From the NCBI GenBank assembly GCA_001820875.1, contig MHRF01000013.1, forward strand, positions 73,992 through 137,991: 64,000 bases of DNA. The letters are read 5' to 3'. The notes under the pieces are model-generated. The model worked only from the letters and a program-made list of their open reading frames with translations. It was not told the origin of the DNA and did no database searches. Positions 8,026-18,020 of this stretch are shown in pieces (position 1 is the stretch's first letter; each line of letters opens with the position of its first letter). Origin of the DNA: Candidatus Taylorbacteria bacterium RIFCSPHIGHO2_01_FULL_46_22b. GTDB lineage: Bacteria; Patescibacteriota; Minisyncoccia; Phycocordibacterales; DSPV01. The position numbers were made by a program, and so were the translations under genes.

Positions 8026-9455
8026 CTCTGTAATATTCTCACAATTCCCCTCTCGGCGTCCACCTCAACTAGGTCACCGTCCTTCAAAATCTGTGTAGCA
8101 ATTTTACAACCCACTAAACAGGGGATTTTAAACTCACGGGAAATAATGGCGGCATGACACGCCATGCCTCCCTCGTCAGTAAGAATTGCTCCCACTTTAT
8201 TCACCAACATAGTCATATTTGGGTTAGTCATTCCAGTAACCAAAACATGTTTCTTGTTTATCTTGCCCGCAATTTTATGAATTTCACTTGGGGTATCTAC
8301 TTTTACTAAAACAACTGTTCCTTGAAACTTCCCTTTATGTGCAATTGTTCCCTTGAACTCCTGTAATTCTTGGGAGGGCTGACTTGAATCAAGTATCTGT
8401 ATCTTTTTCTGTTCCGCCTCAACACCACTGACAAAACTTACGCCGTCGGCTTTATAGTGAAGCAGATATGCCCTTTTTCTATTCTGCAATTCTTGTCCTG
8501 AAAGCCAAACACTCGACTGTAGTAACCGAATCACATCTTCAACTCTTGAGAACATAACAAACTCTCTATGGGTTACTCCTGCTTTATCGGCAAGGTGTGA
8601 GAAGAACAGCATTAAAAAATAATGGGCTCCACCCCAACACGCTTTTAGTGTTAAGCGACAGAGAGAAGACTGCTGGATAAAATAAGTAATGTCTTCTGCT
8701 TCCTTAGATTTCAACAGAGTTAATATCTCTTGTTGTTCCTTTTTAAGTAACACCTTCCCATGCTTATAGTTTTCTACTTCCTTCTTTGCTTTCTTGAGCT
8801 CTTCTGGTGTAAGTCTATATTTAATTATCTTTGCACCTTCTGCTTCAGATTCAACATTAAAAAGCATGAGCGGATATTTCAAGGCGTGTTCTTGTATGCT
8901 CTCGTCAGTTGGATTCTTTGACAATAAAAGGACATCACATTTCTCTTGATACAGAAGATCGTCTTCTTTTGGTGTGGTAAGTGTAATATATGGTTGCAAA
9001 TAATCATCTCTATATTTCTCTTTCACAATTTCTGCGAGTTGCTCTTCCACAGGAGCCATTACTTCTTCTCGGGAACACATAAAATATGCGAGTACTTTGC
9101 GTTCAACAACACGATATTCTTCAAAATATTTTAAGAGTTCGTCATTAGAAAGCGAGGGATTGAAACTTAATCGTATGTTTTTGATAACATTCCAATACTG
9201 GTGAGCAGCTTCCTTTGCATCAGAAATAGTTTTTGAAGCAAAGAGAGGATTAAGAAATTTCTTTCCATCTTCATATACCACACTCTCTACATCATCCACA
9301 GGAAAGTAACATTCGAGGTAACCCTTGAGACTCCACATAATTTGTTCAGAAAGAACGTTTCCCGTTATATCCCGATGGAAAATATACCGCTCCGTCTGAA
9401 TATCATTTTTCAGTAACGGTTGTTCTCCTGTCCATGCTAGTTGAAATTTCTTCAT
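8022..9455 (-). CDS. Array paralog P5
   Basis: 477-aa ORF. The C-terminus reads ILTDEGGMACHAAIISREFKIPCLVG. It overlaps P4 by 4 nt. Confidence 0.85.
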   Translation of the reverse strand: MKKFQLAWTGEQPLLKNDIQTERYIFHRDITGNVLSEQIMWSLKGYLECYFPVDDVESVVYEDGKKFLNPLFASKTISDAKEAAHQYWNVIKNIRLSFNPSLSNDELLKYFEEYRVVERKVLAYFMCSREEVMAPVEEQLAEIVKEKYRDDYLQPYITLTTPKEDDLLYQEKCDVLLLSKNPTDESIQEHALKYPLMLFNVESEAEGAKIIKYRLTPEELKKAKKEVENYKHGKVLLKKEQQEILTLLKSKEAEDITYFIQQSSLCRLTLKACWGGAHYFLMLFFSHLADKAGVTHREFVMFSRVEDVIRLLQSSVWLSGQELQNRKRAYLLHYKADGVSFVSGVEAEQKKIQILDSSQPSQELQEFKGTIAHKGKFQGTVVLVKVDTPSEIHKIAGKINKKHVLVTGMTNPNMTMLVNKVGAILTDEGGMACHAAIISREFKIPCLVGCKIATQILKDGDLVEVDAERGIVRILQR

Positions 9456-10942
9456 TTGAGTATCGTCACTACTCCCTTCTCCGCGTCCACTTCGACCATA
9501 TCGCCGGTTTTTAGTATTCTAGTGGCATTTTTGGTACCAACTATACAGGGCACTTTAAGTTCGCGGGAGATAATCGCCGCATGCGCGGTTACTCCGCCCT
9601 GATCGGTGACTACCGCCGCCGCTTTTTTCATAGCAACAACAAATTCCGGCGTAGTTTGATTTGCAACCAAAATTTCACCTTCCTTAAATTCCGCAATCTC
9701 TTTCGTATTGCGAAGCACTCGGACAATTCCTGTAACTTTTCCGCGAAATGCGGAAGATCCATGCAATTCAACCACTGCTCCTAATTTTGGAAACAAGTGA
9801 TCAACTTTTATTTTTGAATTAATTTCATCTGCGTATAGAGGGTAGGAATCAGCCTTTGCATACAAAATCAAAATCCCTTCTGTATATCTTCGCGATACTA
9901 AATTCCAATCAATAGGAATTCCTTTCAAAAAGGCAAAAAATTCTTCCGGAAGCGTGTAAAAAATAAGTTTAGAATCAAAATTGTTTCGTTGAGCAATTAA
10001 GGCAAGAGACTCATAAAATATCGTGTTGGTGCGCAATACGCATTCTTTTCTTCTATCTTGAATATGACTGAACAATTCGGCAATGCGAAGTACGTTTTTC
10101 AAACGCTCTGAAACCCCGAATGTCTTGCATAACACCTCTTTTGCTTTGCGATGGGCGTTAGGCATACCCTGTTTTGCATGAAGAATATCTTCAACATCTG
10201 GTGATGACTCTGCGAGTTTGGTTGCTTCAAGACGAATATCAGAGGCACTCACTCGTTTGTAATCAAGATAATTTGTTCGTACCCAAAAATAATTTCTTTC
10301 TGCGGAACGAACCAGTGAAGCAATACTCTCTTCAGTTTCATGTTTTTGTATAGCTAGAGCAATACGAAGGATCACCATCTCAAAATCACTCACAAATGAA
10401 CTAAACACCGAAGCCGTGAACGTGGTAATTACTTCATGTGTCGCCCTTTCTCCCAATTCCCCAATAATAATTTGCTGCAGCCAGTCATCAGTGCCTGTCG
10501 TAAGAAATGCATCAACTACATACCCGTATGATGCTTGTTCGACTTCAAGCTCATAGAGATGTTTCAACAAATACTGGAACTGTTCCGGAGAAAGCTCCTC
10601 CAAACACACATCACCGATAGTATTGAAATATTCAGTAAATGCCCGATATCGTTTCTCCCATTCAGAGAAAAATACAGGTGCAAACGAACGGTCAACAATT
10701 GCCGCATCAAGTAATAGATTCCGCTTGTCTTGCATCTCACTGGTTGACCAAAACCAATCCCAGCTATCTCGAGCAGTTTTATTTTGATAGACAAGCCCAA
10801 ACGATTGCGCGTACGGAAACCGCTTTGATCCAAGCGAAAGTCCCATTGCCTGAATATGAATACCGAAAAGATACCCCGCATAACTTTTAGGGAACCATTC
10901 AGTCGACGTATTTATCTGCGCAATAATTTCCTCTTTGGTCAT
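9452..10942 (-). CDS. Array paralog P6
   Basis: The ORF track extends this ORF to 11032, which would overlap P7 by 94 nt. The internal ATG at 10942 (MTKEEIIAQIN..., matching the M-T-K-E-E start pattern of other paralogs) instead gives an ATGA overlap with the P7 stop. The C-terminus reads VVTDQGGVTAHAAIISRELKVPCIVG. Confidence 0.8.
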   Translation of the reverse strand: MTKEEIIAQINTSTEWFPKSYAGYLFGIHIQAMGLSLGSKRFPYAQSFGLVYQNKTARDSWDWFWSTSEMQDKRNLLLDAAIVDRSFAPVFFSEWEKRYRAFTEYFNTIGDVCLEELSPEQFQYLLKHLYELEVEQASYGYVVDAFLTTGTDDWLQQIIIGELGERATHEVITTFTASVFSSFVSDFEMVILRIALAIQKHETEESIASLVRSAERNYFWVRTNYLDYKRVSASDIRLEATKLAESSPDVEDILHAKQGMPNAHRKAKEVLCKTFGVSERLKNVLRIAELFSHIQDRRKECVLRTNTIFYESLALIAQRNNFDSKLIFYTLPEEFFAFLKGIPIDWNLVSRRYTEGILILYAKADSYPLYADEINSKIKVDHLFPKLGAVVELHGSSAFRGKVTGIVRVLRNTKEIAEFKEGEILVANQTTPEFVVAMKKAAAVVTDQGGVTAHAAIISRELKVPCIVGTKNATRILKTGDMVEVDAEKGVVTILK

Positions 10943-12348
10943 AGTATCCGTACAACTCCATGATTTCCTTTCACTTCGACCAGATCGCCAGTTTTCAACA
11001 CTTTGGTCGCAACTTTCGTGCCGATCACACATGGTTTGCCCATTTCTCTCGCCACAATAGCGGCATGGCAGGTAATTCCACCTTCATCCGTAACAAATGC
11101 GGCCGCTTTTTTCATGGCGGGCAGATATTCGGGACGTGTCATCGATGCGACAAGAATTTCCCCTTCTTTAATCTCATTGAGTGATTCAAGTGTAGTGCAC
11201 ACTCTCACCCGCCCGCGCACTGTTCCTAAGGATGCAGCCGTGCCACGCAATTCATCCCCTTCGTGTGTATGTCCTTTAGTTAGAACTAAGACGGCTGATT
11301 CATATTCTTTACCCGTTAAAATCAAGATTTCTTCTGGAACCGCGACCACACACATACCCGCACGACGTTTTGACAATTCTGTCGCACGAGATGGGAGGGA
11401 CTCATTAAAATCAGGAGGTAATCCATACCTCAAATCATTCAGAGGAATCACTGTGCGACGGGACAATTCCTCAAGAAGTGTTTCGAGCCTTTCAACTGCA
11501 AGCAGAATATATTTTTTCCGTTCATCCTGCCAATCAGTCACAAAAGAAAGCACCTCGAACCGATCCACAAGTTCGGAGGGGAGAGAAAGTTTTTCTATCC
11601 AATATTTTTTATCTTTCTCGTTTTGTATCTTTCCACCTTTCATACGAAGTAGAGCATTCGCCTCACCCGCAATTTCGTCAACTGTCATCCGCCTGCGACC
11701 CGCATATGAATTACGCATCCATCCCCATTTTGTAATATATTTTGATATCGCCTCCATTCGCTCCTTCTTTGGAAATTTTCCTATCGCTCGTAATTCTTCT
11801 TCTGCTTCTTGCGCAAAAGATAGTGAATCAGGATTTGTCAACGAGACAAACACCTCGCTGAGTTCTTTCTCATCTTTAGTAAAAGGCTTAAGGGCAACCT
11901 TCAAACGTACATCGCTTGGAATTGCAAGCGCTTCGATGATATGTGCTGCACCAACCGAATCCGTCAGTGCGCGCATGGTTTTCTGGATAAACGTATATAG
12001 CTCGGTATCCGACAACGTGGACAAATCAGTACGGTCTATCTCTTCAAGATTTTTTGTATGCGGTTCTTGCGAAACAACATAATTTTTGCGTACCTCCTTG
12101 AAATAATTCTTGTCTTTCTCCCATTTACCGAATGCAAAATCGTGCAATCGTTCAAGATCGCTGACTCGATAATAGAGATCACCGCCTTCAGTTTTTGAAG
12201 TAAACAACCCTGCAGAATACCCCACCCCCAATTCTTTTTTCATCTCAAAACCCGAAAACCACGCGACCATTAGAAACACCGGCGTAAGATTGCCGCTTTG
12301 GATATACCAATCATCTTTCAACAAAATGTCTAGTTCTTCTTTACGCAT
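10939..12348 (-). CDS. Array paralog P7 (motif WQDERKK)
   Basis: 469-aa ORF. The C-terminus reads FVTDEGGITCHAAIVAREMGKPCVIG. Confidence 0.85.
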   Translation of the reverse strand: MRKEELDILLKDDWYIQSGNLTPVFLMVAWFSGFEMKKELGVGYSAGLFTSKTEGGDLYYRVSDLERLHDFAFGKWEKDKNYFKEVRKNYVVSQEPHTKNLEEIDRTDLSTLSDTELYTFIQKTMRALTDSVGAAHIIEALAIPSDVRLKVALKPFTKDEKELSEVFVSLTNPDSLSFAQEAEEELRAIGKFPKKERMEAISKYITKWGWMRNSYAGRRRMTVDEIAGEANALLRMKGGKIQNEKDKKYWIEKLSLPSELVDRFEVLSFVTDWQDERKKYILLAVERLETLLEELSRRTVIPLNDLRYGLPPDFNESLPSRATELSKRRAGMCVVAVPEEILILTGKEYESAVLVLTKGHTHEGDELRGTAASLGTVRGRVRVCTTLESLNEIKEGEILVASMTRPEYLPAMKKAAAFVTDEGGITCHAAIVAREMGKPCVIGTKVATKVLKTGDLVEVKGNHGVVRIL

Positions 12349-13831
12349 GTTTCAAAATCGTGACAATTCCTTTCTCCAAATCAATCTCTATCGTATCGCC
12401 GGTTTTAAGGACTTTTGTTCCAATTCGCGTACCAATAACACAGGGCAGTCCAAGCTCTCGAGACACAATAGCGGCATGACAGGCAATACCGCCTTCATCT
12501 GTAATAATTGCTTTTGCCTTGCGCATCAGCGGGACAAACTCAATACGAGTCATGGAAGTTACTAAAATCTCTCCTTCATTAAAAACTTCGGTGTCCGGCT
12601 GATGAATAATCCGAACAACACCAGATACACTCTTCACTCCACCTCTACTCGCCACTTGGCCTTTCACTTCTGTGTCGTTCGATAGTGATGAATATACTTT
12701 GAAAAGCTCGTGCGCATCTGCGCCATAAAAAAGCTGGCGTTTCTTTCCTTTTTCCCAAACCGCAAACACACCTTCATTCCTCTGATCAATAATCTCTTTC
12801 GACACGCGCTCGCCAGTCTCTAGAAAATGTGCAAATTCATCGGACATGTAGGCGCTTAATTCTGAATAGCGCATGCCAACCTGCTGTGCAACATTAGTAA
12901 TAATCATCACGAGATAATAAAAATCTTTCATCATCCCTCGCTTGCGATAATCAATCCACAATATATTCTTCTCGGCAAACGCAAGATCTCTTTTGTCTTC
13001 ATCAGTCAACACAATATCTTTCATGTGCGATGTTCTCTCCTCATGCAGACGCGCAAAATTTTGTTGCATCGCATCAAATTCAGCTTGTATTCCCTCTGCT
13101 CCTTTCTCGGCTAAATATTTTTGTGCATCAGACAGAAGCGAAGCGGAAGTTATTTCAACCGCCTTGTAGAAATCCGACTTGAACCAGAAAAATTCGCCAA
13201 GATACTTTTTTACCAAGGCATCAGTACTTTCTTTTCTGGATAATTTCAAACAGATATTCAAAAAATACTCGCGCTCTATGTTGAGTATCGTCTTTGTCTC
13301 TGGATGAGAGAGCGTATTAAACAGATGATCGGCATCCGAAAGCGAAAGATGGTGACGTTCTGCAAACTTTGGAACTATGTCCGTGTGAATCACTCCACCT
13401 TTATCTTCTCCAATCGCACCGTAGTACCACCAATGAATGGAGTATTCGAGTAACTCGCGAAAGATCGGAGACAATTCTTTTGGGGATGCTTTTCCTCTAA
13501 CTTTAAAATATTTCTGCCAGACAAAATCAAGTCCTGCTTCAAAGTGCAAATGCTCTTTTATTTTTTCATCAAGCGTCTTTGGGTCTTTGCAATAGTCTTG
13601 ATATAACCGCTTGCCAGTATCCGCAATAATATGCCGTGCAATAATCTGATGGAAAGCAGTCGCATCCTCTTTCCATAAGTAACAGAAGGAGGGAGAAAAC
13701 GGTGAGTGATGAATCTTATCCGATTCTACGTATGCACCGAAAGCAATCTCACAAAACATAAAAGCCGCATTTGCCCGTGCAGAGTCAAATTCGTTACTTT
13801 TTAGATACGTAATTACCTCCTGTTTAGTCAT
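12341..13831 (-). CDS. Array paralog P8
   Basis: 496-aa ORF. The C-terminus reads IITDEGGIACHAAIVSRELGLPCVIG. It overlaps P7 by 8 nt. Confidence 0.85.
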   Translation of the reverse strand: MTKQEVITYLKSNEFDSARANAAFMFCEIAFGAYVESDKIHHSPFSPSFCYLWKEDATAFHQIIARHIIADTGKRLYQDYCKDPKTLDEKIKEHLHFEAGLDFVWQKYFKVRGKASPKELSPIFRELLEYSIHWWYYGAIGEDKGGVIHTDIVPKFAERHHLSLSDADHLFNTLSHPETKTILNIEREYFLNICLKLSRKESTDALVKKYLGEFFWFKSDFYKAVEITSASLLSDAQKYLAEKGAEGIQAEFDAMQQNFARLHEERTSHMKDIVLTDEDKRDLAFAEKNILWIDYRKRGMMKDFYYLVMIITNVAQQVGMRYSELSAYMSDEFAHFLETGERVSKEIIDQRNEGVFAVWEKGKKRQLFYGADAHELFKVYSSLSNDTEVKGQVASRGGVKSVSGVVRIIHQPDTEVFNEGEILVTSMTRIEFVPLMRKAKAIITDEGGIACHAAIVSRELGLPCVIGTRIGTKVLKTGDTIEIDLEKGIVTILKHA

Positions 13832-13861
13832 GTTGAAACAATGGCTTCATTGTTCCGTTTT

Positions 13862-13877
13862 TTGACGATTACGTCAA
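13862..13877. promoter_or_regulatory. Perfect palindrome TTGACGATTACGTCAA overlapping a -35-like hexamer upstream of P8; candidate operator
   Basis: 6-4-6 inverted repeat located 31-46 nt upstream of the P8 start codon, on the minus strand. Confidence 0.3.
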
Positions 13878-13879
13878 CC

Positions 13880-13953
13880 CCGTTAGAGATAGGTCGCGGT
13901 CAATTAGAGCCTGTAAATATGTGTTTTTCGAGCGGCCGCGATCTCTAACGGGA
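13880..13953. repeat. Long imperfect inverted repeat (CCGTTAGAGAT-aggt-CGCGG ... CCGCGATCTCTAACGG) enclosing ~35 nt
   Basis: The two ~16-20-nt arms are reverse-complementary. This is a structured element of unknown role in the divergent intergenic region. Confidence 0.35.
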
Positions 13954-13973
13954 TCAACAATACGGCCAAGATA

Positions 13974-14003
13974 TTGACTAATGGCAATATTTCGTGCTAT
14001 AAT
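13974..14003 (+). promoter_or_regulatory. Sigma70-like promoter (TTGACT-N18-TATAAT) for the histidine-phosphatase gene
   Basis: Consensus hexamers at 13974..13979 and 13998..14003. Confidence 0.45.
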
Positions 14004-14101
14004 ATAAGAAGTACGCAACTGAACCTTGAGAGCTAAATTGGGTCTTGCCGATCCGAGCTTTCTCTACCAAACAATATCTGAACCCCCAACCAACCTACTG
14101 A

Positions 14102-14776
14102 ATGAACTCAAAACTGAACCAAACCATTGTAGCAAGACTCCTCCGTGGAGGATTTGCACTTACTCGACACAACACCAAATTCACCTTCCTCCGACACGCG
14201 CATGCGGTCGCCGCAGATGGTGGTCATGACTCGGACCGACGTATCTCGAGCAAAGGACAGAAGCAGTGCGCTGCCATGAAATCCGTCTTTGAGACACGGT
14301 CGTTCAATGTGACTTATCGCTCCCCGCTCATACGTGTGTGGGATACGCTAGTCGCACTCAACATCCAGAGCCCCGAAGATACCACGATTAAAGAACTGGT
14401 CATCGAGTACGGACAAGAAACCCGTCAGTCGGGTGTGCTCGACGCCGCCTACGAAATCATGGGGAGCGTCGGACTCGCTGATATCATGAAGCACAAAGAA
14501 GTCGCCACAGCGATGGACGAGTTCGCCGCCCATGCACTGGCAAAACTCAATCTGCAAATCCAAGATGTGTCAGCGGACCGCGGCCAGAAATTCAACGTCC
14601 TTGTCGCCGGCCACGGGTGGCTCAATCCCATTCTCGCATATTACATGGCGGGAACAAATGAGACAGCTCGTCGCCATCTCCTCTACCACCCAATGGGCGA
14701 GTGTGAAATCATCGAGGTGGGAATCACAGAAGATGGGAGTCCTATCTGGAACCACATCCCCTGTCCCGCCGTTTAA
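14102..14776 (+). CDS. Histidine phosphatase superfamily protein (phosphoglycerate-mutase-like / SixA-like branch)
   Basis: N-terminal FTFLRHAHAV (RH catalytic dyad of the RHG motif) and a downstream VLVAGHGWL (second conserved His). The gene is GC-richer than the array and on the opposite strand. Confidence 0.6.
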   Translation: MNSKLNQTIVARLLRGGFALTRHNTKFTFLRHAHAVAADGGHDSDRRISSKGQKQCAAMKSVFETRSFNVTYRSPLIRVWDTLVALNIQSPEDTTIKELVIEYGQETRQSGVLDAAYEIMGSVGLADIMKHKEVATAMDEFAAHALAKLNLQIQDVSADRGQKFNVLVAGHGWLNPILAYYMAGTNETARRHLLYHPMGECEIIEVGITEDGSPIWNHIPCPAV

Positions 14777-14802
14777 CTCCGACCCGTTCAGTTCTCAAGA
14801 AG

Positions 14803-14843
14803 CCCGCGCGCGACCACCAATCGCCCGCGGGTTTTCCTTTTTT
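14803..14843 (+). terminator. Terminator hairpin between convergent genes
   Basis: CCCGCG...CCGCGGG stem followed by TTTTCCTTTTTT. Confidence 0.45.
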
Positions 14844-15135
14844 ATAAAAACGCTCGAGATGCAAATGGATAAAAATACTCTTTCAAGGCATCCCCACGTA
14901 TCTCATATTTGGGAGATTCCCGCACCGTGTCATCAATCACATCCTCTAAGAGAGAGAGTTCAGCTCCTCTTGCTTTCATTTCAGGCGCAGAGCTAAGTTG
15001 CTTGAGAATCACATGTGCTCGTACCAGACATTTCTCGGCATTTTCTCTATCCCCTTTTTCTTTCCAATCCAAAAGACGCGAGACTTCACTGCCTAAATTT
15101 GCGATCAAAAATCGTGGTGTGCGTACTACACTCAT
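14842..15135 (-). CDS. Hypothetical small protein (97 aa), co-operonic with P9
   Basis: ATGA overlap with the upstream ORF 15132..15476. No recognisable motif. Confidence 0.4.
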   Translation of the reverse strand: MSVVRTPRFLIANLGSEVSRLLDWKEKGDRENAEKCLVRAHVILKQLSSAPEMKARGAELSLLEDVIDDTVRESPKYEIRGDALKEYFYPFASRAFL

Positions 15136-15476
15136 ATAACTTTTGCATCTACAATTTCCTTTATTCTCTGCCGAATTTTGTCATCTTGAATATACATCTC
15201 TCTATTACCCAAAGATGGTTTGATATTGATAAGCGCCGTATATTCCAATCTCTCCTCTTTGGGTTTATTAAAGACAATATTGAAACCCCAAATATTCACC
15301 GCACTTGAGCCTGCATCAGTGAGTACGGTTGCCGCATCAATATGATATTCGCCTCCAAGCGCGACAACACCGTTTGCAATATCAATAGCTCCTTTTACCA
15401 TATCATCATAAAACTCCTTGCCGATTTCTTTGGCTTCGTCAATCGATATGGTATCTTTTATAATTTTTATATTCAC
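15132..15476 (-). CDS. Hypothetical small protein (114 aa), translationally coupled to P9
   Basis: Its start overlaps the P9 stop (ATGA at 15473..15476). No recognisable motif. Confidence 0.45.
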   Translation of the reverse strand: MNIKIIKDTISIDEAKEIGKEFYDDMVKGAIDIANGVVALGGEYHIDAATVLTDAGSSAVNIWGFNIVFNKPKEERLEYTALINIKPSLGNREMYIQDDKIRQRIKEIVDAKVI

Positions 15477-16960
15477 TCGGTTCTTTTTAGAACTTTAACT
15501 ATACCATTATTGGCATCAACTTCTACACTATCTCCATCCTTGAGAACTTTTGTTGCGATCTTGGTCGAAATTACACAGGGTTTTTTCATTTCGCGAGCAA
15601 CAATCGCCGCATGACAGAGGATACCTCCCTCGTCAGTGATAAACGCAGATGCTTTTTCCATTGCCGCAATATAAGACGGGAACGTCATCACGGTTACCAA
15701 AATATCTCCTCGCTTAACCTTATCAATATCATGCGGGGTCAAAACCACTTTTACGATACCCTGCACTTTGCCCGCAAACCCAACCTGACCTGATATCTCT
15801 TTAATATCTTTCAGATCTTCGTTTATAAAGTCTTGAATCTGTGCAAATTCATCTGCATCTTTCCCTTGGAGAATCAGCAATCCTCCTACATCTCGGAAAA
15901 GTGCCCAAGATTTTTTCCGCTCATCAATGCGTATCTTACTCAACAACTTTCCAACCCTCAAAGATTCCGAGATTTCTTCGGGTGATAGGTAAAGAATTTC
16001 TGCATAGCTGATCGATAGACGCTTAGCCGCCTCTTCAAGAAAAGGTATGGTATGAAAGAGAGCTTGATTAATGACATCTGTCCTATAAGTGCGCAGATAT
16101 ACATATTCTTTCACCATGTAAATCATTTTCCGATCGGTTTCCTCTACAGAAAACTTTTTGATGAATTCTTCAGCTAATTTTTCCACCTCAGCGGGCTTAT
16201 GTTCTAACATCTTTATTTTTTCTGGAATTTCCCCTATATCAAAGAGATGTTCCATTCTTTCCATAATATCTTTGGAACTAGGAGGCTTGCCTATCAACCA
16301 ACGTAGGGATAACCAGCTAAACCGTTTCAAATGGTCTTGAATACCCTTTAATAGCAATTTGTTTTCTCCTGTAATATCTTTTTTATCTCCTATAGATGAG
16401 AGTATCTTTAATAGCGAGAGTTGCTCAAACTGACCCTCATTAAGTTTGATTGGTTCAGACAAAACCTTCTTCCATTCCAAGATGTCACGGGAATCAGTGA
16501 CATACTTTTTGATAATCCTTGAGAGCTCACTGTCCAGAAAAGCGTCAAGCGATAGTACATACAGAAGAAAAACTGAAAATGCCCGTTGTCTGTCAGAAAT
16601 TTCCATGAGTACACCTGCGATATGCGTATGCGATTTCTGGCTTACGTCACTTGCATAAAGAGTGTTCGTATAAGCAAGGAGTTTGTTCCCCTCTTTCTCA
16701 CATATATCGCCCATATGCCACAGAAACGCTGGTCCCTCCTCTCTTAATCTCTTTAACTGTACTTCAGCAAAAGCTTCTCTACTCCCTTTACCAAAATAAT
16801 TGTCATCTTTGTAACTAGCGTAGATGTCATCAATAGGTACCGATAACACTTTATCTAGATATTTCTTGCAGGTATTAAAACAAGATGACGAGAGTGAAAA
16901 AGGCACATATGTCCTATTCACTATAAAATCCCATTCTCTTTTTTTCTTCCACGATTCCAT
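15473..16960 (-). CDS. Array paralog P9
   Basis: 495-aa ORF. The C-terminus reads FITDEGGILCHAAIVAREMKKPCVIST. Confidence 0.85.
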   Translation of the reverse strand: MESWKKKREWDFIVNRTYVPFSLSSSCFNTCKKYLDKVLSVPIDDIYASYKDDNYFGKGSREAFAEVQLKRLREEGPAFLWHMGDICEKEGNKLLAYTNTLYASDVSQKSHTHIAGVLMEISDRQRAFSVFLLYVLSLDAFLDSELSRIIKKYVTDSRDILEWKKVLSEPIKLNEGQFEQLSLLKILSSIGDKKDITGENKLLLKGIQDHLKRFSWLSLRWLIGKPPSSKDIMERMEHLFDIGEIPEKIKMLEHKPAEVEKLAEEFIKKFSVEETDRKMIYMVKEYVYLRTYRTDVINQALFHTIPFLEEAAKRLSISYAEILYLSPEEISESLRVGKLLSKIRIDERKKSWALFRDVGGLLILQGKDADEFAQIQDFINEDLKDIKEISGQVGFAGKVQGIVKVVLTPHDIDKVKRGDILVTVMTFPSYIAAMEKASAFITDEGGILCHAAIVAREMKKPCVISTKIATKVLKDGDSVEVDANNGIVKVLKRTE

Positions 16961-16970
16961 CGGATATTTC

Positions 16971-18020
16971 TTACGCTCGTTTTAAGATTTTTACAATTCC
17001 TGTATTTGCATCCACCTCAATTTCATCTCCGTCTTTCAAAGCTTTGGTAGCAATTTTGGTTGCAACAATGCAGGGTTTCTGTAATTCACGTGCCATAATC
17101 GCCGCATGACACACCACACCGCCTTCATCAGTTACAAATGCTGCTGCTCGTTTCATCGCTGGTAGAAAATCCGGCAGTGTCATGGGCGCCACAATAATAT
17201 CCCCTGATTTTATTTTGTCTATCTCGCGAACACCATATAAAACTTTTGCAACACCTCGAACAATCCCTTTGAACGCTGATTGCCCCTTAAACTCTTTGAG
17301 ATCTGCTTTCACATTAATCTCCTCAAATTGGATGTTAAATTTCTCTTCAACAAAAGAGCGTGACGCACCTACATACAACTCATTGTTTGTAAAGAAATAA
17401 CCTGAAGCTCTCTGTCTCAAGATTTCCAGAGAAGGCGGCGTATTATTCTCAATCTCTTTGATTTGCAAAACCGCAACTAAATCACCGAGTGCCGGATATA
17501 ATTTTTCAAGTGATTTTCTAATCGTCGCTTCCGATCCAGGCACAAAACGTTCCGTTTCCTTGCGAAGCTTCATGAGACTCGAAAATTGTTCACCCAGCTT
17601 GTCTTTATACAGATCAAAAAGCGAGGACTCCCACCCCCACCAGACTGCTTCAAACCATGTCCACATGGATTCATATGCTTGTAGAAACTCTACAAGCTCT
17701 TTGTGCGACAAAATGGGTTCGTTTTCGTATATATTTTTTATCTTCTCAAATACTTTCCGAAATGGAATCTCAATGTAAGAAAAACTACCAGTGCGTAGAG
17801 CTTCATCAATAAGCAACTGTTCAACCCACCGAATACCTTGCTGGTTGTAGAAACCTTGGATTACCTTTCCCGTATACTCAAAAATAATATAGGGTAAAAA
17901 AGGTTGTTGTTTTGTTGTCCAAATTTTAGGGTTGACTGCTTCAGCTCTCCACCACACCTCGATTGTGGCGAGTGTAAAATCTCTGGAGAAATACTTCGTG
18001 TATACCGGCCTCTTATCCAT
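16971..18020 (-). CDS. Array paralog P10 (short, 349 aa)
   Basis: The C-terminus reads FVTDEGGVVCHAAIMARELQKPCIVAT. Confidence 0.8.
   Translation of the reverse strand: MDKRPVYTKYFSRDFTLATIEVWWRAEAVNPKIWTTKQQPFLPYIIFEYTGKVIQGFYNQQGIRWVEQLLIDEALRTGSFSYIEIPFRKVFEKIKNIYENEPILSHKELVEFLQAYESMWTWFEAVWWGWESSLFDLYKDKLGEQFSSLMKLRKETERFVPGSEATIRKSLEKLYPALGDLVAVLQIKEIENNTPPSLEILRQRASGYFFTNNELYVGASRSFVEEKFNIQFEEINVKADLKEFKGQSAFKGIVRGVAKVLYGVREIDKIKSGDIIVAPMTLPDFLPAMKRAAAFVTDEGGVVCHAAIMARELQKPCIVATKIATKALKDGDEIEVDANTGIVKILKRA

Noticed and set aside
11003-12082. 359-aa plus-strand ORF antisense to array paralog P7
   Set aside because: It is Ser/Arg-rich, low-complexity and entirely antisense to a gene with strong domain evidence. 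It is a shadow ORF.
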